From assembly GCA_010093605.1 (NCBI GenBank), contig MU004184.1, forward strand, positions 1,374,801 to 1,438,800: a stretch of DNA of 64,000 nucleotides, written 5' to 3'. The first letter of the stretch is position 1; each line of letters starts with the position of its first letter. Under the pieces are notes generated by a model. That model made no database searches and was not told where the DNA came from. It was given only the letters and a program-made list of their open reading frames with translations. Position numbers and translations under genes: made by a program. Origin of the DNA: Lophium mytilinum (lineage: Eukaryota). Positions 24,477 through 35,104 of this stretch are shown piece after piece.

Positions 24477-27400
24477 ATGTCTGGTCTTGCAATTGACCAA
24501 GCGGCCGCCGCGCAGGCTATCATTGACGACGAGCACGATACCCAGCACGATGAGCATCACATCCACCGGCACTCGGTTCACCACCGGCTGCGGGCAAGCA
24601 GCTCTATCATGCAATTGAAGAAGATTTTAGGCACGCCTCTCTTCTCCTGCACCTCGTCCAGCTCTATGGCTAACATTTTGAAGTTGCCAACCGCGGCGAG
24701 ATCCCAATTCGCATCTTCCGTACCGCCCACGAGCTGTCCCTCCACACCGTGGCCGTCTACAGTCATGAGGACCGCCTCAGCATGCACAGGCAAAAGGCCG
24801 ACGAAGCCTACGAGATTGGACACCGGGGACAGTACACGCCTGTTGGAGCTTACCTTGCCGGCGACGAGATTATCAAAATTGCCCTTGCCCATGAAGTAAG
24901 AATATATTCAACACGGGGACGACGATGTCAAGCTGACCCGAAATAGGTCAATATGATACATCCAGGCTATGGATTTTTATCTGAGAACGCTGAATTTGCG
25001 CGCAACGTGGAGAAGGCAGGTCTCATTGTAAGTCTCACAGCAGCATCTCCTTGTATCGCGTCGGCAGCTCGCAGTGTTTTTGTTGAGGGCGGGGCGGAGT
25101 CCGAGGGGCATACGGCCGCCGGCCCAATTGACGCAGCTCGGCCTGTCTCAGCGGGACCCTTGGCGAGATCGACCGCGTGGGACACAGCATGCCCATTGTT
25201 ACTTTTGCTACGCGTGGACACCTGCTCACCGAATCTAGTTTGTGGGACCGTCCCCCGACACCATTGATGCCCTTGGCGACAAGGTCTCCGCGCGCAGGCT
25301 CGCCGTCAAGTGCGACGTCCCGGTTGTCCCCGGCACCCCCGGGCCGGTCGAGAAATTCGAGGAGGTCAAGGAGTTCACTGACCAGTATGGCTTCCCGATC
25401 ATCATCAAGGCTGCCTTTGGCGGCGGCGGGCGAGGCATGCGTGTGGTCCGAGAGCAGGGAGAACTGAAAGAGGCGTTTGAGCGCGCGACGTCAGAGGCCA
25501 AATCGGCATTCGGCAATGGCACCGTCTTCGTCGAGCGCTTCTTGGACAAGCCGAAGCATATCGAGGTCCAGCTGCTGGGCGACAACCTCGGCAACGTCGT
25601 GCATCTGTACGAACGTGACTGCAGTGTGCAACGCCGGCACCAGAAGGTCGTCGAGCTTGCTCCCGCCAAGGATCTACCCCAGGAGACCCGTGAGGCTATC
25701 CTCAACGACGCCGTCAGGCTCGCCAAATCGGTCAACTACCGCAACGCAGGCACCGCTGAGTTCCTCGTCGACCAGCAGAACCGCTACTACTTCATCGAGA
25801 TCAATCCAAGAATGTAAGTCTCACCGCTCCTCTATAGCCATGCCAAGCTGCTATGCTCCGGAGGTATCACTGCCAAGGTATTGTGTTGCTGATCCATAAG
25901 ACAGCCAAGTCGAACACACCATCACTGAGGAGATCACCGGCATCGACCTAGTCGCCGCCCAGATCCAGATCGCCGCTGGTGCGTCGCTCGAGCAGCTTGG
26001 TTTGACCCAGGACTCCATCTCCACCCGCGGCTTTGCCATTCAGTGCCGTATCACCACCGAGGATCCTGCCAATGGCTTCGCCCCGGACACGGGAAAGATC
26101 GAAGTCTACCGTTCTGCTGGCGGCAACGGTGTTAGGTACGTCTCATCTCGCGCAGTTCATACAGTCCTAGGCCACAAGTCTGGGCACGGGCTCGCTCCAA
26201 CTTGCCCACCCAACACCACTGTTGGGGGTAGCCTGGTTGCTGAGTAGGCAATTAGTCAAGAAGCAGCCTAATCTGCACTGCTTGAAGCTTGACATCGCCC
26301 CTGCGTCTTCGAAACCCTGTGGGGGTACCCCAAGCAGTGGCGGACCAGTGTGCCCAGACGTGTGGCCTGTCACTATAGCTGGCGCAACCCACTAATCTCA
26401 CATCTCGTAGACTGGACGGAGGCAACGGCTTTGCTGGTGCCATTATTACCCCCCATTACGACTCCATGTTAGTCAAGTGCAGTTGCCATGGCTCCACATA
26501 TGAGATTGTACGACGAAAGATGCTTCGCGCCCTCGTTGAGTTCCGTATCCGTGGCGTCAAGACCAACATTCCCTTCCTGATCAAGCTTCTCACCAACCCC
26601 ACTTTCATCGAAGGAACTTGCTGGACCACCTTCATCGACGATACGTAAGTTGCCAAGCTGGCTTGTACTCACACCAGAATTACCACTGACTTCTACTAGC
26701 CCTGCGCTTTTCGACTTGGTTGGCAGCCAGAACCGTGCTCAGAAACTCCTTGCTTACCTTGGTGACCTTGCCGTCAATGGCAGTCAGATCAAAGGCCAGA
26801 TTGGTGAGCCCAAGTTCAAGGGCGAAATCATCATGCCAGTTCCCCACGATTCCAATGGCAACAAAGTCGACACTTCACGGCCTTGCCAGAAGGGATGGAG
26901 GAATATCATCGTCAAGGAAGGTCCTGAAGCCTTCGCCAAGGCGGTTCGAGCAAATAAGGGGTGCCTGGTCATGGATACAACATGGCGCGACGCTCACCAG
27001 TCGCTCTTGGCCACCCGTGTCAGGACTGTTGACATGTTAAACATTGCCACAGAGACCAGCCACGCCTACAGCAATGCTTGGGCACTTGAGTGCTGGGGTG
27101 GAGCTACTTTCGACGTAGCCATGCGATTCTTATATGAGGATCCGTGGGACAGACTGAGGAAGATGAGGAAGCTTGTACCCAACATCCCCTTCCAGATGCT
27201 TCTCAGAGGTGCCAATGGTGTTGCGTATTCATCGTAAGTGTCACGTGCTTTCGCGATTCTCACGTGCTAACAATTATAGGCTTCCCGACAATGCCATCTT
27301 CCACTTCTGTGAGCAGGCAAAGAAACAGTACGTAAGCCCCCAATATAGATAACCGGTTTCCCAGCAATATTTCTGTTTGAAAACTACTCAGAGAGTATTC

Positions 27401-29317
27401 CAAGGCAACCACTGTCCACTGTACGCCACTGCTTGGGGTACCCCCATAGGTTTCGAAGACTTGAGGGCGATGTCAAAGTTCAAGCAGTGCATATTAGACT
27501 GCCTCTTGACTGATTGCCTGCTCAGCAGTCAGGCTTACCCTAACAGTGGTGTTAAGTGGGTAAATTGGACAGTGGTGTCTTGGAATTCCCTAAAGGAGTG
27601 TTTTACGCAGCATAACTTGTCCTTAATATCGGTTTCCTTACTCTGGTTTTGAAAAATTTGCTGACTTTATTGCCACCTTAAGCGGAGTCGATATATTCAG
27701 GGTATTCGACGCCCTCAACGATGTTGACCAGCTGGAAGTCGGTGTCAAGGCCGTCCTTAAGGCTGGTGGTGTGGCTGAAGGCACCGTCTGTTATTCGTAA
27801 GACCCTGATTACCCTTACATCCTGAACAGCCTACTGACTGGTTTGTAGCGGTGATATGCTGAACCCCAAAAAGAAGTACAATCTTGAGTACTACATGAAC
27901 GTGGTCGACAAGATTGTAGGCATGGGTGCACACGTTTTGGGCATCAAGGACATGGCCGGTGTCCTAAAGCCCAGGGCTGCTACCTTGCTTATTGGAGCTA
28001 TCCGAAAGAAGTATCCGGATCTTCCAATCCACGTCCACACCCATGACTCTGCCGGTACTGGTGTCGCCTCCATGGTTGCCTGCGCTTATGCTGGCGCTGA
28101 TGCTGTGGACACAGCGATTGATTCGATGAGTGGTATGACTTCCCAGCCCAGCGTTGGCGCCCTCCTGGCTTCCCTCGAGGGTACTGATCATGACCCTGGT
28201 CTCGATGGACACATGGTCAGGCATCTGGACAGCTACTGGGCACAGCTCCGCCTGCTGTACTCTCCCTTCGAAGCCGGTCTTACTGGCCCCGATCCCGAAG
28301 TCTACGAGCATGAAATCCCTGGTGGACAGCTTACCAACCTCATCTTCCAGGCCTCGCAACAAGGTCTTGGCGAGCAATGGGCCCAAACTAAGAAGGCTTA
28401 CGAGCAAGCCAATGACCTCCTCGGCGATATTGTCAAGGTCACTCCCACCTCCAAGGTTGTCGGCGACCTGGCCCAGTTCATGGTCTCGAACAATCTCTCC
28501 TATGACGACGTGCTCGCAAAGGCCGAGCAACTCGACTTCCCCTCCTCCGTCCTCGAGTTCTTCGAGGGCCTTATGGGCCAGCCCTACGGCGGATTCCCCG
28601 AGCCCCTCCGCTCGCAGGCCCTCCGTGACCGCCGCAAGATGGATAAGCGCCCCGGCGCTTACCTCGAGGCTGTCGATCTCGTGAAGGTTAAGGCTGACCT
28701 TAAGTCCAAGTGGGGCGATGCCACCGAGTGCGACGTCGCGTCGTACGTCATGTACCCCAAGGTCTTTGAGGACTACAAGAAGTTCACGACGAAGTACGGC
28801 GACCTCTCTGTTCTGCCGACACGCTACTTCCTCGCCCGTCCTGAGGTTGGAGAGGAGTTCCACGTCGAGCTGGAGAAGGGCAAGGTGCTTATCCTCAAGC
28901 TTCTTGCCATCGGCCCATTGAGCGAGCAGACTGGGCTGAGGGAGGTGTTCTACGAGATGAACGGCGAGGGCCGAACCGTCACAGTCGAGGACCAGCACGC
29001 GGCGGTTGAGAACGTCAGCAGGCCGAAGGCCGATCCGACGGATAGCAGCCAAGTCGGCTCGCCAATGGCTGGTGTGGTCGTTGAGGTGCGCGTACATGAC
29101 GGCTCGGACGTCATGAAAGGAGATCCGATTGCTGTGCTCAGTGCTATGAAGATGGTAAGTTCTCTCACAATCATTCCAGCTAGCTTGACAAAATGCTTAC
29201 ATCAATTCACAGGAAATGGTCATCTCGGCACCGCACTCCGGCAAGGTCAGCAACCTAGGCGTGCGCGAGGGCGACTCAGTCGGCGCGCAGGACTTGGTGT
29301 GCAAGCTTGTCAAGTAA
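24477..29317 (+). CDS. PYC1: Pyruvate carboxylase
   Basis: [29 protein letters not shown] and the biotin site AMKM. Ten introns: 24631-24683 (GC-AG), 24896-24946, 25028-25238, 25814-25904, 26136-26410, 26645-26699, 27234-27279, 27328-27682, 27797-27848 and 29155-29212. Confidence 0.99.
26136..26410 (+). mobile_element. Introner-like intron, family B (PYC intron 5, 275 nt)
   Basis: Inverted repeat AGGCCACAAGTCTGGGCAC (26169-26187) / GTGCCCAGACGTGTGGCCT (26350-26368), 18 of 19 matching. Homologous to the MFS intron at 50256-50578 and to the insert in PYC intron 8. Confidence 0.8.
27328..27682 (+). mobile_element. Introner-like intron, family A, carrying a nested 161-nt insert (PYC intron 8, 355 nt)
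   Basis: Ends GTACGTAAGC...TGCCACCTTAAG align end to end with the MFS intron at 49494-49293. The insert at 27412-27572 is homologous to the family B core. Confidence 0.9.
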
Positions 29318-30453
29318 ATGGATGGCTAATTTTTAGCACGGTGAAAACTTCAACAGCGCTGCGCTCGGTTGTTGGATTGAGGTTTATGTTGGTACGATAT
29401 TGATGCGCTAGGGTGTGATGATTGGTAGTCGGTTGAATTGACCGCCGCGGGTCTGGTTATGTAGCTAGTTCTATAACGATATGAAGATCCTTATTCATAC
29501 AGTACTTGACTCTTGGCAGGGCTCGTTGGACTGAAGGTGGTAGTCTATGCTGACACCGTCTGAGGTGGCCCGAAGAGCTATCTGGCTTGTCCGAATCACC
29601 TTTTTCCCATTCACGATGCAATACCAGGGGACCTCAAGCGGTGCCAGACATGTGTACATACGTAACACCAAAGCAGGTTTAGATCTATTCTATCGCAGAT
29701 CTTAGAAAATAATCACCCATTGGCGCATTGCCACTGCTTGTTCGACAAACCCTGCGAGGGTTGCTGTTGGTATGTTGAGGCGGCCTGGCTCCTGCTTTAC
29801 GCACTTTGACGCAGCTGTAATCACTTCTTTTTCTATAGTCTAATCTGATGTGAGATGGATGATCCCATGATGGTATACTGATTCACAAGCTTCGTGAACC
29901 CAAATTCTTAGATGGCAGTATAAATGTGCACGGAGTGGCTCCCGTACGTTCAGATTAACGATGATGCTTTACCTGTTAATTTATATACTGATTGAGGATG
30001 TCTGTCCCACAACCCGGCCTCCGCAATCCGATTTAGCCTCCTTATAGAAAGCACTACGTTTGGGCTTGATTCTCGCTCTCTTCTAATACCATGCTGAAAG
30101 GATGTCCTAATCGCACAGACTGGCTCACGTTGATTCATCTTTGCGGCGTCCGTGTTGTTTCAGAGCTGTGATCTCAGGAGAAACGCCTATCGATACAGGT
30201 CCACTGTCGAACGATATCAAGTCAAGGCCTGATTTCCACTCTCTTTCAATGTAATGCTTACATCGCGTTGAAAAAGCGCGGAATGGCCTCCATACACCCA
30301 AACGCGCTAGAACATAATTCATATCAGATCTAACTGCTAAACTATCTCGCAACAAGCCGTGTCTTAACTACAACCAATGCAGCTCCTCTAATCCTACAAC
30401 CAAGTCACACCGCAACCACGATAAAACCACGGTTCCAATTCCATCACTAGCAA

Positions 30454-30665
30454 ATATGTGCACACCGTTTTAGTCCGCAAGCCCACTGAACCCAGGAACG
30501 CAAGCAGGTCTGAAATAACAGGCGCCGTCCGCCCCCGAACAACCCCACAGAGCAGGGAGACTTCCCCTTGCGGGGTTCCTCACTTCCGCTAAGGGGGGGC
30601 AGGGTAACGAGCGTTGATCTTGCGCGTGTGCGAAATCGCACAGAGGTAAAGCGTCGGCCAACATG
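30454..30665 (-). ncRNA. Candidate structured box H/ACA-type RNA (snR30/U17-like layout)
   Basis: 5' hairpin TGTGCG/CGCACA, H-box-like AGATCA (30620-30615), a long G:U-rich hairpin capped by CCCC-GCAA-GGGG, a 3' segment with TTCCTG...TAAAAC, and ACA at 30459-30457. The 5' end is uncertain. Confidence 0.45.
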
Positions 30666-31006
30666 GGGAGGAGTTGGAGACGCTTTGGTGTGTGTAGACC
30701 CGCGCTGGGTTGGGAGCATAGAGGGAGATAGGGAAGATGAGGGACGGGAGCACTAACAGGGTGGAGGAATGGGGGGATCTGTTATAGGTAAAGGGTGACT
30801 TGGTAGTTGAGAAGGCGGGGTAGTTTTAAAGGATGTTGAAAGTGTCATGTGTAGATAGAAGATTCGTATTGAGCGCTTGCGATGCTGGAAACCCTAGATG
30901 ACGCCTGCTATGCTGGTGAGTAGAGTACAAGTTATATACAACATCTAAATGCGTGTGCATCTTTTATACATGCCAACGAAAGGAAAATCGTGAACGGAAT
31001 ATAATT

Positions 31007-34000
31007 TTATTCCTCTGGCGACTGTGCAGTGATTTCTTTGATCTTGTCGGCCATGCCTAGGTCACGTATGTCCCACCCAGCTTCTTTGGTGGCCCAGTCT
31101 TTGCGTTCACCTAGGATGGCGAGGTTGCTGCGCGAAGCACCCTGTACGAGGTACTTGTCCGCTACCGCCTTGATCTGTTCGGCGGTGACGTCGAGGAGAA
31201 GCTCTCTCCGCCTTTGGAGCATGTCGTCGTCGATTCCAGAGAGGAAGAGTCGCATGCCCTCCTGGCTGACGCTCTGTGGCGCGTCATAGCCCTGGAAGAC
31301 GCTCAGCTTGGCCTCTTCCAGGTCTTGAGCTGTCCAGGTGCGATCGCGGGCCCAGGCGCCGGCTTCAGTCATGATCTTGATGGTGTTTTGGGGGTTCGGA
31401 TCACGATAGCTGTAGTAGCCAAATACGCCGCCGAGGGACCGGCTATAAGCCCCACCTCCATACGCACCGCCCTTCTCACGAATCTCGTGATGTAGATGCT
31501 TGTGAGTCAGGAGCTGAGCTAGAATCTCCAGCGGAGCTCCTGCGTCATTGGTATATGGTACAGTGGGAATGGCGAGACCAGCATAGTAGACCTGATATGG
31601 TAGGGGAAAGAACGATTTGGAGTTTCGGGGGTACTGTATTGGTTCAGAGGTTGAGGTGACGTTAGAAGATTCGGTCGGTAGCCCAGTCAAAAAGCGTTGC
31701 AAGGCCTCCTGGTTTGACGTTGAGCTCTCATTCCCGCAGTTGAGAGCTACCCGAAATGTCTTGCTATTGGAGATGGCAATGGACTGTATGGCCTTCAACT
31801 TCTGTATAACGTCATCCAGTGACTCTGAAACGGGACGCGATGCTAGACCAGTGGTGAGTTTGATCTGTGACAGGCCACCCGTCTGCTCGTTCAGGCGTCC
31901 AATCGGAGTCAATCCAGCCTCTGCAAACGTGCGAGCAAAAGAGTGACCGGTTTCTGCAATGGAATTGACAGCTCCACTTGCAGAACTCTGGAGTAGTTCC
32001 CGGATCTGCTTTTCTGCCTCAGATCCGTCGAAATCTGTCTCGAAGATGACTGTCCGAAGTAGGTCATACATTGCGGGCACGTTTCGATCTAATGCATAGC
32101 CAGTGAAAGAAAGACCTTCCTGGTACGACTCCACAGAATCCGGAGAAGGCGAGGAATGATAGCCAACGGATATCCCGCCAGTCTTGAGCTTAATCAACTC
32201 TTCGAGCTGTTCCATAGTCTTGTCTTTGGTGCCAAGTCGCATTATCGCGCTGCTGAATAAAGGGATCATTTCTCGTAGCTCATCCGGGAGATTATCGAGT
32301 TGCTGGATAGCCCGGAAATAGGTCAGGCCGTTGGTGTGAGCTTCCCGCCACTGGACCTTCACATCGCCTAGGGAGCTGTGTCGAACTTCTTTCCTTTCTT
32401 TTTGACGAGGTATGTCTTTGACATGCACACTTGGGAGGCAGCTGAGATCTGCATTTCTTGCAGTCTCTTGGACCTCTAAGAGTTCGAGCTCTCGCTTCTC
32501 TAGGTATTGTTCGGCCTCTTCTTTGCTTGAGAATTTCTCTGTGGCCTCGGAAATTTTATCCACAAGTCGCTGGCTCTCTTCGGCAACTAATTCTTCGCTG
32601 TATGTTTCCGATGGCTCCATGGTGAAGGTGAGCGTGTTGTCGTTTAGTAGATACTTATCGAGTAGACTCTCAAGATAGCCTCCCTTGGCATAACTGTTTT
32701 GGAAAGCGGAGACAGTTTCTTGCCAGGCTAAAGCATCCATCGGGTCGACACCGTTGAACCAGCCAGGTTGTAGTCTCTGCATGACACCCATACCAAAATG
32801 GGCCGTCTTATGCTTCAAGGAAAGCTCAAGCTGATGTAGGATACCGTCAACTTTGATTTTATCGAACCCGTTTGTCCTGGCTTCCGCAAATGTTTTGGCG
32901 ATCGCTTCTTTGACTTTAGGAACGTCTTCCGCCTTGACACCATTTAACCCAACGGAGAAAACGCCAACTTTTCCAGCACTATCATACCCAGTGTTTGGGC
33001 TGAAATCTGCACCAAGCCCTGATTCAATAAGGTTGCGATAGAATGGCGAACCGTAACCGTCGAGCAAAAGGTTACTCAATAGTCCTAGAGAGAAGTTTTC
33101 AAGAACATCCGTAGTGTCTCCCATGAGCCATGTGGTGGAGGTCTTGTATTGCATATCTGGCGGCATGAGGAGATCTGTCGGTCCCTTGACCGTGACAAAC
33201 TTCGGACCATCATCCAGACTTATTGGCGCTTTAATGTCGCTGTCCACTTGTATTTGGCTGAATTGACCTAATCTAGCATCGATTTCTTTGAGATGGTCGG
33301 CCAGTGGGAGGTCGCCATATGTGAAGACCTTTGCATTGCTCGGATGGTAGTGGTCTGCGTGGAACTTCCGCAATTGCTCCCATGTGAGATCGGTAATCTT
33401 TTGTGGGTCGCCGCCCGAATTGTTGATATCTGGAAAGAGGTGGTCCTGGAATCTGATATAGAACAGATAGCTCGCATCCGACATTTGGCCCTTCATTTCG
33501 TTGTAGACAACGCCTTTGAAGACCAGTTTCTTTTCCTCTCCCCCTCCTCCTGATGCGACTGCTAAAGGGTTCTCGGGGCCTATTCGCCATCCCTCCTGCG
33601 TGAAGTCGTTTGAGTTGAGTAACGGATGAAGAGTCGCATCGAGATATACCGACATCAAGTTCCTGAAGTCTTGCGCATTTGTGGTGGCGAAAGGATAGGA
33701 AGTATGATCGGCGGAAGTGAAGGCGTTCATGAAATTCGACAGTGACCGAGGAAGCATCTTGAAGAAGGGATCGCGAACGGGGTATCTAGAGTTCGTTTAG
33801 CGTGTATTCACAGGGTTATGAAGAGTGCACCAACTTCTCGCTGCCACAGAGGGTAGTATGTTCCAAGATGTGCGGAACCCCAGTATCATCCGGTGGATTC
33901 GTCTTGAAGCCGATGGAGAAGACATTGTTGGAGTCGTCGCGGGCGATGTGGAGGTAGTCGGCACCGGTTTTGTCGTGCTGAAGCTGGAAAGCCGTGAGCT

Positions 34001-34184
34001 CCAGCTCAGGGACCTGTTTGACGCGCTTGAGAGTGAAGCCATGAAGTTGTTCTCCGATTTTTGGCTGGCCGGAGACATCGCTCACTGCGGCAAATCCTCG
34101 ACGGAATGGACGGCCCGTCGAGAGTCTCGAGGACGGCGCAGCAATGCGCGACGCCCATAGAGATGATCGAGAGCACCGAAGCAT
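31007..34184 (-). CDS. CYM1: Mitochondrial presequence protease (M16C pitrilysin family)
   Basis: [11 protein letters not shown] inverted zinc motif, GVVYNEMKG and IREKGGAYG, with an Arg/Ser-rich presequence. Intron at 33834-33786. Confidence 0.97.
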
Positions 34185-35104
34185 GGCAAACTCGTAGATG
34201 TGAAGTATTGACAGCGTGAAGAAAAGAATCGCGGGAGCATGACGCGATGTAGTGGGACTCGAAATCGTAGAGTGACGAGGGGCCGGAAGTTACGGGTGCA
34301 TAAGATGCTGAACCTGCATAGCGCTTCCCGAGCAGCCTCGAACGCCCGCCATAGCCCTTCTAGTTTAAGAAGTACTATTGCTTTAACGGCTGTTATATTG
34401 TAGAGATGTATATAGCGGAATAAGTGTCTTGCTTAGTATATAGCTGTAAGCTTATATCTTTGTAAACTTATAGGTTCTATACTGGCTAGTTAGAAATATG
34501 TAATATTACGTAATTATTACTTTATGGGGGCCTCTTAAACGGTGTATCGAATTGACTTCAGCCTGGAATCAAGACGACTGGACGAGGAATCGCTATTTGG
34601 ATGGGATATAAGGACTCTAGTCAATCTGCTACTGCTCTGAGAAGCGTGTCGCCTTGTTGCTCTTGCGGGTGGCCTGGTTGTCAAGTGAAGCATCTCATCA
34701 CCCCTTGGTTCAGACTGAAGTCTCTTGCCGAGCGCCCTCTCCACTCCGATCGTGCACTGTTGGTCTTGTCGCAAGTCTTTCCTCACCTGCATGCGACCCC
34801 CAATAGAGCAACGATTCTTCTCTCCCGCTTCTCCTCTCGTGTTGAAGCTTCCATTCTTACCGCACGACGAGCTTCAGTGCGCCATCGAGGACTCAGCTTC
34901 ACCCTTCAACCCGACGACTCCGAGAAGCCCGAACAACATCACGACGCCACCCTCCCGCCAAAGCTTCTAATCCGCCCGGCCTGTTGCTTGGTCCTATGTG
35001 AACATCGACACGCTGCCACTGAAGGCTGTTGGGTGTTGAATCTGGGCGGATTGCAGACGTCATTTGGGTCTGCAAATTGAAGTCCTAGATTCGGGTCTAA
35101 GCAT

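Noticed and set aside
26196..26350. Hammerhead ribozyme or snoRNA within the shared intron core
   Set aside because: CGAAAC is present but there is no CTGANGA. The core occurs in both orientations in transcripts, and no C/D or H/ACA boxes are consistent across copies.
27964..29097. 377-aa antisense ORF, and similar antisense ORFs over CHC1, BRN1 and the exchanger
   Set aside because: These are shadows of strongly biased codon usage on the coding strand.
30454..30665. RNase MRP, U1 or U4 identity for the structured RNA
   Set aside because: GGAAGTCTCC and GTGGGCTT resemble the MRP P4 strands, but they lie too close together and no GARAR loop is present. The U1 5' end ACTTACCT is absent.
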